Positions 52,672-64,000 of a DNA stretch of 64,000 nucleotides are shown piece after piece. The stretch is from Pseudomonadota bacterium (GTDB taxonomy: Bacteria > Pseudomonadota > Gammaproteobacteria > Berkiellales > Berkiellaceae): NCBI GenBank assembly GCA_018241965.1, contig JAFECS010000011.1:92690-156689 (forward strand), written 5' to 3'. The position numbers and the translations under genes are program-made. Within the stretch, counting starts at the first letter, position 1; the number at the start of each line of letters is the position of its first letter. The notes under the pieces are model-generated. The model worked only from the letters and a program-made list of their open reading frames with translations. It did no database searches and had not been told where the DNA came from.

Positions 52672-54012
52672 GTGGAGTTATCACTTTGGCAGCAATGTTT
52701 AGCGCGCTTAAAAGAAGAAGTTGCGCAATCTCCTTTTAATCAATGGATAAGCCCGTTACAAGCAGAAGAAACCAATGGTGGATTGATTTTATGGGCTCCA
52801 AATCAGTATGTATTAGATGGGGTCTCTCAAGATTATCTAGCGCGAATTGCGCAGATTTTAACACAACTCAACCATGGCCAACCTTTAAGGGTCACCATTG
52901 GTATTGGCGAGCGTCATGTTCCTGTTGAGGAAGAACAAACCCAACAACAACCGCAAAGAGTAAATGTCAGCCCCTCTAAGGTTTCTCATCAAAGTAATTT
53001 AAACCCCAACTTTGTTTTTGAAAACTTTGTGGTGGGTAAATCAAATCAATTGGCAGAAGCGGCGGCAAAGCAAGTTGCTGAAAACCCAGGCGGCGCCTAT
53101 AACCCCTTGTTTTTATATGGGGGAGTTGGCTTAGGAAAAACACACTTAATGCATGCTATTGGTAATGCTATCAAAGCGAGAAAAAACAAAGAAGCCAATG
53201 TGGTTTATTTGCACTCCGAACGTTTTGTTGCCGATATGGTAAAAGCATTACAAAGCAATGCTATTAATGAATTTAAGCGTTTTTATCGATCGGTAGATGC
53301 TTTATTAATTGACGACATTCAGTTTTTTGCGGGCAAGGAGCGCTCTCAAGAAGAGTTTTTCCATACGTTTAATGCTCTTTTAGAAGGTCAGCAGCAAATC
53401 ATCTTAACTTCAGATCGCTATCCGAAGGAAATTAATGGTATAGAAGAGCGGCTACAATCACGCTTTGGCTCCGGGCTCACTGTGGCAGTAGAGCCGCCTG
53501 AACTTGAAACCCGCGTTGCCATTTTAATGAGCAAAGCAGAACACTGCTCTATGATTTTACCGCATGAAGTGGCCTTTTTTATAGCTAAAAGGATCCGCTC
53601 TAATGTTCGAGAATTAGAAGGGGCCTTAAAGCGTATTATTGCAAATGCCCAATTTACGGGCAGCGCTATTTCCCTAGAGTTTGTTCAAGAAGCCTTAAAA
53701 GATGTCTTGGCGCTGCAAGATAAACTGGTATCCATGGATAACATTTTGCGCATGGTGGCAGAGTATTACAAAATTAAAGTGGCCGATCTTTTATCTAAAC
53801 GGCGCAATCGCTCTGTGGCAAGACCACGGCAAATGGCTATGGCATTGTGTAAAGAATTGACCAATCATAGCTTGCCAGAAATTGGAGATGCTTTTGGTGG
53901 CAGAGATCACACCACGGTATTGCATGCTTGTAGAACCATTAAATCGATGCGTGAATCCGATGCTGATATTGGTGAAGATTTTTCTAATTTAATTCGTATT
54001 TTATCAACATAA
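52672..54012 (+). CDS. dnaA: Chromosomal replication initiator DnaA
   Basis: [36 protein letters not shown]; GTG start. Confidence 0.98.
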   Translation: MELSLWQQCLARLKEEVAQSPFNQWISPLQAEETNGGLILWAPNQYVLDGVSQDYLARIAQILTQLNHGQPLRVTIGIGERHVPVEEEQTQQQPQRVNVSPSKVSHQSNLNPNFVFENFVVGKSNQLAEAAAKQVAENPGGAYNPLFLYGGVGLGKTHLMHAIGNAIKARKNKEANVVYLHSERFVADMVKALQSNAINEFKRFYRSVDALLIDDIQFFAGKERSQEEFFHTFNALLEGQQQIILTSDRYPKEINGIEERLQSRFGSGLTVAVEPPELETRVAILMSKAEHCSMILPHEVAFFIAKRIRSNVRELEGALKRIIANAQFTGSAISLEFVQEALKDVLALQDKLVSMDNILRMVAEYYKIKVADLLSKRRNRSVARPRQMAMALCKELTNHSLPEIGDAFGGRDHTTVLHACRTIKSMRESDADIGEDFSNLIRILST

Positions 54013-54022
54013 AGCGTAAAAA

Positions 54023-55141
54023 ATGCAGTTTACTATTCAACGCGAAGCTTTACTAAAACCGTTACAACGCGTTCAAGGGGCGCTAGAGCGCAAGCAAACG
54101 CTCCCCATTTTATCAAATGTGTTGGTAGTGGTGAAAAGCCAGCTATTATCTTTGACGGGCACAGATCTTGAAATAGAGATGATAGCCCGCGTGGGGCTAA
54201 CACAAAGTGCTGTTGCAGGCTCAACCACCATTCCCGGCAAAAAACTCATTGATATTTGTAAAGCATTACCAGAACAGGCGCAGATCTCTTTTGAATTGGT
54301 GGACAATAAAGTGATCGTACGCTCTGGCAGAAGTCGTTTTACCATCGCTTGCCTACCTGCAAATGACTTTCCCTTTGTTGAAGAAAGCCCAGGCGATGTA
54401 GAGCTTTCTATGAAACAAAGCGTTTTGCGCCAACTTCTGGATGTGGTGAGTTTCGCCATGGCCCAGCAAGATGTTCGTTATTATCTTAATGGGGTCTTAA
54501 TGACCTTTATGCACAACGAAGTGCGCATGGTGGCAACTGATGGGCATCGCCTGGCAACAATGGCCTTACCAATGCGCGCAAGCGTCAATCAGCCATTAGC
54601 CGTGATTGTTCCGCGTAAAGCGGTTTTGGAAATGCAGCGCCTGTTTGCAGAAGGGGATGAGGAAATTGGCTTGGTGATTGGAAAAAATCACCTCCGCGCC
54701 GTAAGTACGCACACTAGCTTTATTAGTAAATTAATCGAGGGGAAGTTCCCGGACTATCAGCGCGTGCTGCCGCAAACAACGCCGTATCAATTTGAAGTTT
54801 CACGCGAGCTGTTAAAACAAGCGTTATCTCGCGTTTCGGTTTTGTTTACAGATAAGTATCGTGGTGTGGGGTTACAGTTTACCCCGAACTTGCTGCGCAT
54901 TATTGCAACAACGCCGGACAAAGATGAGGTTGAAGACGAAGTAGAAATTGCTTATGACGGGCCCAGCATAGAGATAGGAGCGAACGCGAGCTACCTTATT
55001 GAATACCTCAATATTGTTAAATCCAACCTGGTGCGCGTTGCATTTACCTCTGCAAATCACGTGATCTTGTTTAATGCGGATATTGGCGAGGATAACTTGG
55101 CAGGGCAACATGCGTACGTCGTGATGCCAATGCGGCTATAA
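54023..55141 (+). CDS. dnaN: DNA polymerase III beta clamp
   Basis: TLPILSNVL, QQDVRYYLNG, ATDGHRL, YVVMPMRL. Confidence 0.98.
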   Translation: MQFTIQREALLKPLQRVQGALERKQTLPILSNVLVVVKSQLLSLTGTDLEIEMIARVGLTQSAVAGSTTIPGKKLIDICKALPEQAQISFELVDNKVIVRSGRSRFTIACLPANDFPFVEESPGDVELSMKQSVLRQLLDVVSFAMAQQDVRYYLNGVLMTFMHNEVRMVATDGHRLATMALPMRASVNQPLAVIVPRKAVLEMQRLFAEGDEEIGLVIGKNHLRAVSTHTSFISKLIEGKFPDYQRVLPQTTPYQFEVSRELLKQALSRVSVLFTDKYRGVGLQFTPNLLRIIATTPDKDEVEDEVEIAYDGPSIEIGANASYLIEYLNIVKSNLVRVAFTSANHVILFNADIGEDNLAGQHAYVVMPMRL

Positions 55142-55144
55142 GCA

Positions 55145-56263
55145 ATGCGTTTAACGCGCTTCCATATTCACGCTTTGCGAAATATTCATGAGATAACACT
55201 CACCTTACACCCCCATTTCAACCTGTTTTTGGGCGCCAACGGCAGTGGTAAAACCAGCATTCTTGAAGGGATCCACTTGCTTGCCTTGGGCCGTTCTTTT
55301 CGAACCAGGCAAAGCCAAACGGTGATTAATCATCAGCAAAACCAATTAGCCTGCTTTGGTGAAGTAGAAGATAGCTTTGGAGCAATTATCTCCATGGGGA
55401 TTGAAAAGACCCGCGACGGGGAAGTGCGCTGTAAGCTAAAAGGGGAGTTATGCGATAAATTATCACAATTTGCTACCCAATTGCCGTTGCAGTTATTGAC
55501 CCCGGAGACCTTTAAACTCCTCACGGCAGGCCCCGAAGAGCGGCGACGCTTCTTAGATTGGGGAGTGTTCCACGTGGAACATACTTTTACCGGATTATGT
55601 CAGCGCTACCAGCGTCTTTTGAAGCAGCGAAATGCGGCGCTTAAGCAATTTCCACGCTCTTCCATAGAAGCCTTCGAAAAAGAGCTGGTTGAGGTAGGGG
55701 AGAAGATATCCCACCAAAGAAAACAGTATTTGGTTAGCCTGATACCTTTTATTGTTCAGGCCCGTGAATACTTGCTGCCTGATCACGATATAGAAGTGCA
55801 TTATGAGCAAGGTTGGCCCAATACCACCCTTGAAGCGGCCTTAAGGGACGCTTTAAAGCAAGATCAGCGTTTGGGCTATACCAGCGTGGGGCCACATCGG
55901 GCTGAGCTGGCGGTTAACCTAAAGGGGTTCGCTGCTCACCAAGTATTGTCCCGAGGGCAGCAAAAGCTACTTATCTGTGCTTTGCATTTGGCCCAGGCAA
56001 AGGCCCTGTATGCTGCCACGGGTCGCAAGTGTTTATTCCTCATCGATGATCTGGCTTCGGAATTAGATAGCCCCAATCGTCAACGGCTGATTGCCTATCT
56101 TGCTAAAGAAGGTCACCAGCTCTTCCTGACTGGGGTGGAAGATGCCCCCTGGCAGGCCGTATGCGAGCAATATGAGGGCCAAATGTTTCACGTGGAACAT
56201 GGAAATATCACCCGAACCCACGGATTTACTGGGCTCAAAGCCCCTATTGAGTCGCCTGCCTAG
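55145..56263 (+). CDS. recF: DNA replication/repair protein RecF
   Basis: GANGSGKTS, ERRRFLDW, LSRGQQK, IDDLASELD. Confidence 0.97.
   Translation: MRLTRFHIHALRNIHEITLTLHPHFNLFLGANGSGKTSILEGIHLLALGRSFRTRQSQTVINHQQNQLACFGEVEDSFGAIISMGIEKTRDGEVRCKLKGELCDKLSQFATQLPLQLLTPETFKLLTAGPEERRRFLDWGVFHVEHTFTGLCQRYQRLLKQRNAALKQFPRSSIEAFEKELVEVGEKISHQRKQYLVSLIPFIVQAREYLLPDHDIEVHYEQGWPNTTLEAALRDALKQDQRLGYTSVGPHRAELAVNLKGFAAHQVLSRGQQKLLICALHLAQAKALYAATGRKCLFLIDDLASELDSPNRQRLIAYLAKEGHQLFLTGVEDAPWQAVCEQYEGQMFHVEHGNITRTHGFTGLKAPIESPA
55566..55581. promoter_or_regulatory. parS site (inside recF)
   Basis: Perfect palindrome TGTTCCACGTGGAACA. Confidence 0.9.
56184..56199. promoter_or_regulatory. parS site (inside recF)
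   Basis: TGTTTCACGTGGAACA. Confidence 0.9.
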
Positions 56264-56292
56264 CCATTTTTCATGGTTTCTTGGGAATAAAT

Positions 56293-56684
56293 GTAGGGGC
56301 GCAGCCTGTCTGCGCCCTTATAGAAACTATGGATTTGATGGGCGCATACGGGATGCGCCCCTACGAGGAGGGAGATCCTCCGTGTTCCGTTCGTTATCGT
56401 GGTTTGAGTAATGTGAATCTTTGTAGGGGCGCAGCCTGTCTGCGCCCTTATAGAAACTATGATTTGATGGGCGCATACGGGATGCGCCCCTACGAGGAGA
56501 GAAATTCCTAATCTGTTATTTGAGTTTAAGACTTTAAAATAATTCACGGGACTATCCTGCCGGTTTCGGGTCATCACGAACGCAGCGCAAGGGGTTCCCG
56601 TGGAGGGATCTTTTTGTAGGGGCGCAGCCTGTCTGCGCCCATATTGAACTAAGATTTGATGGGCACATACGGGATGCACCCAAC
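56293..56684. repeat. Array of three GTAG-type REP doublets (REPIN/BIME-like)
   Basis: GTAGGGGCGCAGCCTGTCTGCGCCC...GGGCGCATACGGGATGCGCCCCTAC at 56293-56364 and 56423-56493; degenerate copy at 56616-56684. Confidence 0.9.
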
Positions 56685-56882
56685 AACAGTGTTCTTAAAA
56701 AAGATCATTTTGTTATGTGAGTTACAAACAGGGTGCATTCGTCGGAAAAAAGGCAGGTTTTCGCCTAAAAAAGCAAGAAAAAAGAAGAGCTAAACGGCTG
56801 AATATGATAGAATATTCCCATTATAAACGATGACTTTTACTAACCTTACAACGGTGTGGATCCAACCGGACAGAACATAAAA

Positions 56883-56898
56883 TGTTTCACGTGGAACC
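56883..56898. promoter_or_regulatory. parS site upstream of gyrB
   Basis: TGTTTCACGTGGAACC. Confidence 0.85.
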
Positions 56899-56935
56899 TC
56901 TTGTAAGCAAGCACGCTTAGCCGTACACGGAGTAA

Positions 56936-60114
<3,179 letters not shown>

Positions 60115-60118
60115 AAAA

Positions 60119-60649
60119 TCACAACGCTTTGGCTAAACTCAAGAGATCAGGAAAAACAACAATTTCCTTGAGTTCTTCAGCATGTTTTGCGAGAGTTCTT
60201 TCTCCCTTGCCCGTTTTAACAAGCAGGGGTTTTGCGTCAACGCTTTGTGCTGCGACAAGATCACGAAATGAATCACCGACAACCATGATACCTTTCAAGG
60301 AAATTTGATAGTGTTTAGCAATTTGTAGTAACAACCCAGGTTTAGGTTTGCGGCAATCGCAGTTGTCATCTGGGCCATGTGGACAATAAAAAATGCTATC
60401 AATCTTTCCGCCAACTGCCTGCAAAGTATCGTGCATTTTTTGGTGAATTTTACTTAACGTATCCAGGGTAAACAGTTGACGTGCTACACCCGACTGATTG
60501 GTTGCAACACTTACTGTAAAACCCAGTTTATTTAAAAGCGCAATAGCTTCCAAACTACCAGGGATAGGCAGCCATTCTTCAGGGGATTTGATAAAATCAT
60601 CTGAATCTTGGTTAATGACGCCATCTCTGTCTAAAATGATAAGTTTCAT
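60119..60649 (-). CDS. gmhB: D,D-heptose 1,7-bisphosphate phosphatase
   Basis: LDRDGVIN, TNQSG, CPH...CDCRKPKPG, VGDS. Confidence 0.93.
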   Translation of the reverse strand: MKLIILDRDGVINQDSDDFIKSPEEWLPIPGSLEAIALLNKLGFTVSVATNQSGVARQLFTLDTLSKIHQKMHDTLQAVGGKIDSIFYCPHGPDDNCDCRKPKPGLLLQIAKHYQISLKGIMVVGDSFRDLVAAQSVDAKPLLVKTGKGERTLAKHAEELKEIVVFPDLLSLAKAL

Positions 60650-62727
60650 ATGACCAATTTTGATATATCGGCAATTTGCATAAAAAGGGCAAAAAGATGA
60701 CTCAACAGATAGATGCGATTTTGTTTTAATTTTTCATCATCGGTCATTACCATGACGTCATCAAAAAACTTATCTACGACTTGTTGCAAAGAAGCTAATA
60801 AAACCAGGGCTTCTTGGTACTTACCCTGTTTGGTAAGTGCGGTGGTGTTTGTTTTTAAGCTCTCAATGGCCTCATACAGCTGTTTTTCTGCCGTTTCTTT
60901 AAACAAGGCAGGATCGACCATAGGTAAGTGTTGAAAATTAAAAGAAAGAGAATTTTTTTGTAAAATATTGCGTACACGTTTATTGGCTGCAGCAAGATTT
61001 TGTGCTTCTTTTAATGTTTGAAAGTGTCCTACAGCTAAAACACGTGATGCGGCATCATAAGGTTGTTGCGGATGGGTTGCCATCACCGATTCAATCGTTT
61101 GAATAGGGATCCCTTGTTCTTGATACCAAGCTTTAAAGCGTTCAAAGCAAAAAGTCATTAATTGCGGGATGACTTCTTCGTCAATTAAATTACCATAACC
61201 GTGTCTTGCGAGCTGGAATAGCTCTTCTAAATCAAGTGGTAATTCTTTTTCTATTAAAATGCGTAAAATGGCTAAAGCGGCGCGACGTAAACCAAAGGGA
61301 TCTTTATCTCCGGTTGGTGTTTGTCCTATGCCAAAAATACCAATTAAAGTATCAAGACGATCTGCTAAGGCAAGTGTGATCCCAACAGGTGTTTGCGGTA
61401 AGGTGTCTTTGGCAAAACGTGGGTAGTAACTTTCTCTAATGGCTGTGGCCACTTCGACAGGCTCACCATCATGTAATGCATAATAATTTCCCATAATGCC
61501 TTGTAATTCTGGGAACTCGAAAACCATTTCTGTTAACAGATCGGCCTTGCACAATTTGCCAGCGCGATCACTTAAGTGACTGGGGGCATTGATTTGCTTG
61601 GCAATACTGTTTGCCAATTTAGCGATCCGTTGACTTTTGTCATAAAGTGTTCCTAATTTCTTTTGGAACACCATATTTTTTAAACCCTCTAATCTTGAGT
61701 TGAGGGGCATTTTTCTGTCTTGATCGTAAAAGAATTTAGCATCACTTAATCGTGCATGCATGACGCGCTCATTGCCTTGAATAATGTTATCTTCTGTTGC
61801 AGCTTCAGTGTTACTGACCAAAATAAAAATGGGTAATAATTTACCGTTACTATCACTGATAGCAAAGCATTTTTGGTGATTTTGCATAGAAGAAATAAGC
61901 GCTTCTTGTGGCACTTCTAAAAAAGTTTTATCAAAACGCGCATGTAAAGGTACTGGCCATTCCACGAGGCCGGTAACTTGATCAAGCAATTCATCTTCTA
62001 TTATTGTTGTTCCATTAAATTTTGTCCCAATCATTTGGGCTGCGCGCTGGATGATCTCTTGGCGTTCACTGTGGCATGCAATGACTTTTACTCTTTTTAA
62101 AGTGTTAACATACTCATCGGCATGTGAAAGGATAACCGCTTGGGGAAAATGGAAACGGTGCCCAAAAGTAACGTTACCAGCCGTTAGGTTAAAAAGATTA
62201 ATTGGCAAGGCATTTGGGCCATGCATCACTAATACCCAGTGTATGGGGCGAACAAATTCAGTTTCACTTGCTCCCCAGCGCATACGCTTAGGAATGGGCA
62301 GCTGATGTAAAGATTGTTCTATTATTTGTCCTAAAACATCGATAAGTTTTTTGCCGGGTTCTTCATATTCATAAATCAGCCAAGATCCTTGGGGAGTTTC
62401 ATGTACTTTCAATGCGCTAATATCTACGTGACAACCCTTAGCAAAACCGATGGCTGCTGCGGTTGGGTTTCCTTTGGCATCATAAGCGCTAGCGATGGCT
62501 GGGCCACGTTTTTGCACAGCACGTTTTTCTTGTTCAGCAGGAACATCGAACAGCCGCGCCGCTATTCGCCTGGGCGTCACAAAGTGCTCTACTTTGCCAT
62601 AAGGAATACCAATCGTGGTAAAGGCCTGTGAAATAAAATGTGCAAAATCTTTAGCTAATTTTTCAAGATGTTTTGGTGGTAGCTCTTCGGTACCAATTTC
62701 AATTAATAAGGTTTCAGTTGCAGACAT
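60646..62727 (-). CDS. glyS: Glycine--tRNA ligase beta subunit
   Basis: EIGTEELPP, MRWG, FVRP, EFPELQG, DPFGLRR. Confidence 0.97.
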   Translation of the reverse strand: MSATETLLIEIGTEELPPKHLEKLAKDFAHFISQAFTTIGIPYGKVEHFVTPRRIAARLFDVPAEQEKRAVQKRGPAIASAYDAKGNPTAAAIGFAKGCHVDISALKVHETPQGSWLIYEYEEPGKKLIDVLGQIIEQSLHQLPIPKRMRWGASETEFVRPIHWVLVMHGPNALPINLFNLTAGNVTFGHRFHFPQAVILSHADEYVNTLKRVKVIACHSERQEIIQRAAQMIGTKFNGTTIIEDELLDQVTGLVEWPVPLHARFDKTFLEVPQEALISSMQNHQKCFAISDSNGKLLPIFILVSNTEAATEDNIIQGNERVMHARLSDAKFFYDQDRKMPLNSRLEGLKNMVFQKKLGTLYDKSQRIAKLANSIAKQINAPSHLSDRAGKLCKADLLTEMVFEFPELQGIMGNYYALHDGEPVEVATAIRESYYPRFAKDTLPQTPVGITLALADRLDTLIGIFGIGQTPTGDKDPFGLRRAALAILRILIEKELPLDLEELFQLARHGYGNLIDEEVIPQLMTFCFERFKAWYQEQGIPIQTIESVMATHPQQPYDAASRVLAVGHFQTLKEAQNLAAANKRVRNILQKNSLSFNFQHLPMVDPALFKETAEKQLYEAIESLKTNTTALTKQGKYQEALVLLASLQQVVDKFFDDVMVMTDDEKLKQNRIYLLSHLFALFMQIADISKLVI

Positions 62728-62736
62728 AGATGGCTC

Positions 62737-63642
62737 TTATGCTTTTGCTAATAAGGGAAACCCGAGTTTTTCACGGGAAAGATAAAATTGTTGTGCTACA
62801 TCTCTTGCCAAGGTGCGCACACGTAAAATATAACGTTGTCTTTCAGTAACGGCGATAGCACTTCTGGCATCTAAAAGGTTAAAGGTATGTGATGCTTTGA
62901 GCACCATTTCATAAGCCGGGAGAGGTAAATTTGCCTCTAACAGTTGCTGACATTCTTTTTCATAATCATCAAAGTGAGCAAAAAGCATATGCGTATTGGC
63001 TAATTCAAAATTGTAAGTGGACATTTCCACTTCATTTTGATGAAACACATCTCCATAAGTTACATCCCCTTGTGGAGTTTTGGCCCATAATAATTCGAAC
63101 ATGCTTTTTTTGTTTTGAATATGCATTCCCAAGCGCTCTAAGCCATAGGCTAGTTCGCCTGTCACCGGTTTACATTCTAGACCGCCTGCTTGTTGAAAAT
63201 AGGTAAATTGTGTTGCTTCCATACCGTTTAACCATACTTCCCAGCCTAACCCCCAGGCACCTAATGTGGGAGATTCCCAGTTATCTTCAACAAAACGAAT
63301 ATCATTTTCTAAAGGATCAATGCCAATCGCGCGCAAAGAATCAAGGTAAAGTTCTTGGATATTCATGGGAGAAGGTTTGAGCACCACCTGGTATTGATGG
63401 AAAAGCTGAGTACGATTGGGGTTGTCGCCATATCGACCATCGGTGGGACGCCTGGAAGGTTGGACGTGTGCACAATACCAAGGTTCGGGACCTATAGCGC
63501 GTAAAAAAGAGGCCGGATGAAAAGTGCCAGCGCCTACTTCCATATCGAGTGGTTGCAAAATAAGGCAACCTTGATTGGCCCAAAATTGATGAAGTGCTTG
63601 AATGATCTCTGAAAAAGTATAGGGTTTTTTATGGCTCATCAT
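62737..63642 (-). CDS. glyQ: Glycine--tRNA ligase alpha subunit
   Basis: [39 protein letters not shown]. Confidence 0.98.
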   Translation of the reverse strand: MMSHKKPYTFSEIIQALHQFWANQGCLILQPLDMEVGAGTFHPASFLRAIGPEPWYCAHVQPSRRPTDGRYGDNPNRTQLFHQYQVVLKPSPMNIQELYLDSLRAIGIDPLENDIRFVEDNWESPTLGAWGLGWEVWLNGMEATQFTYFQQAGGLECKPVTGELAYGLERLGMHIQNKKSMFELLWAKTPQGDVTYGDVFHQNEVEMSTYNFELANTHMLFAHFDDYEKECQQLLEANLPLPAYEMVLKASHTFNLLDARSAIAVTERQRYILRVRTLARDVAQQFYLSREKLGFPLLAKA

Positions 63643-63746
63643 TAACGAATGCTATTCCCGTATTGCCTACCTGGTTGGCCCATTAGTATACCTGTGCTGG
63701 CGTGATAGAAATAGTCTTCTGGCCAGCACTGGTCAACATACAAAGT

Positions 63747-64000
63747 TTAATAACTTTCTAATAAAGGGGCGTAATTTGAATGGTGAAGGTTCTTTTGTTT
63801 TCGTTGATAAAAATAAAAGGGTATTCCACTTAAGACAAAAGCGCTGGACACTAATATGGTCTTCAATGGCGTTTCATAAATAATCCACCCGCAAAACGAT
63901 AATGCGCCTAAGGTATAAGTCCATTGCAAAAAAGAGCCTTTTTGTTGGAATAACAATTTAAGCAGCGCTAGAGTACAGATCATGTACACAAACAAAAATG
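63747..64000 (-). CDS. C-terminal part of a membrane transporter, probably an APC-family amino acid permease (truncated by the window edge)
   Basis: Three hydrophobic helices ending SGIPFYFY plus a basic tail; the frame stays open to the window end. Confidence 0.55.
   Translation of the reverse strand, partial: FLFVYMICTLALLKLLFQQKGSFLQWTYTLGALSFCGWIIYETPLKTILVSSAFVLSGIPFYFYQRKQKNLHHSNYAPLLESY

Noticed and set aside
56142-56679. ORFs 56142-56411, 56281-56511 and 56260-56679
   Set aside because: Their repeated peptides (VGAHPVCA, CRGAACLRPY) are translations of the REP units
56293-56684. CRISPR array interpretation of the recF-gyrB repeats
   Set aside because: Units are inverted doublets with near-identical internal spacers and irregular spacing, start with GTAG, and no cas genes are present

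Overview
This 64-kb window covers the chromosomal replication-origin region of an AT-rich gammaproteobacterium. Gene content and eukaryote-like proteins suggest a Legionellales/Berkiella-like protist-associated lineage; this is inference only. The housekeeping backbone runs rep, dam, dsbA, cytochrome c4, engB, polA-recD2-uvrD, hmgA, glmSU, atpIBEFHAGDC, parAB, rsmG-mnmG-mnmE-yidC-yidD-rnpA-rpmH, a 1.16-kb DnaA-box-rich oriC, dnaA-dnaN-recF-gyrB with three parS sites, and plsC-gmhB-glySQ. Two accessory blocks interrupt it. The first (engB-polA, 9.7-17.7 kb) holds an F-box/29-aa-repeat protein with NLS-like termini, a hipBA module, a candidate polA-linked C-loop sRNA and a eukaryotic-like Ser/Thr kinase. 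It also holds the most striking item: a 1313-bp IS5-family element with 66-bp terminal inverted repeats that embed REP-like hairpins and enclose a passenger GIY-YIG nuclease gene. Removing the element in silico restores a clean C-terminus to the interrupted gene. The second block (atpI-parB, 39.1-43.3 kb) holds six accessory genes. Other signals are several palindromic repeat families, an over-represented GGGATCCC octamer and a probable CTG start for rnpA. No rRNA, tRNA or CRISPR array was recognised.
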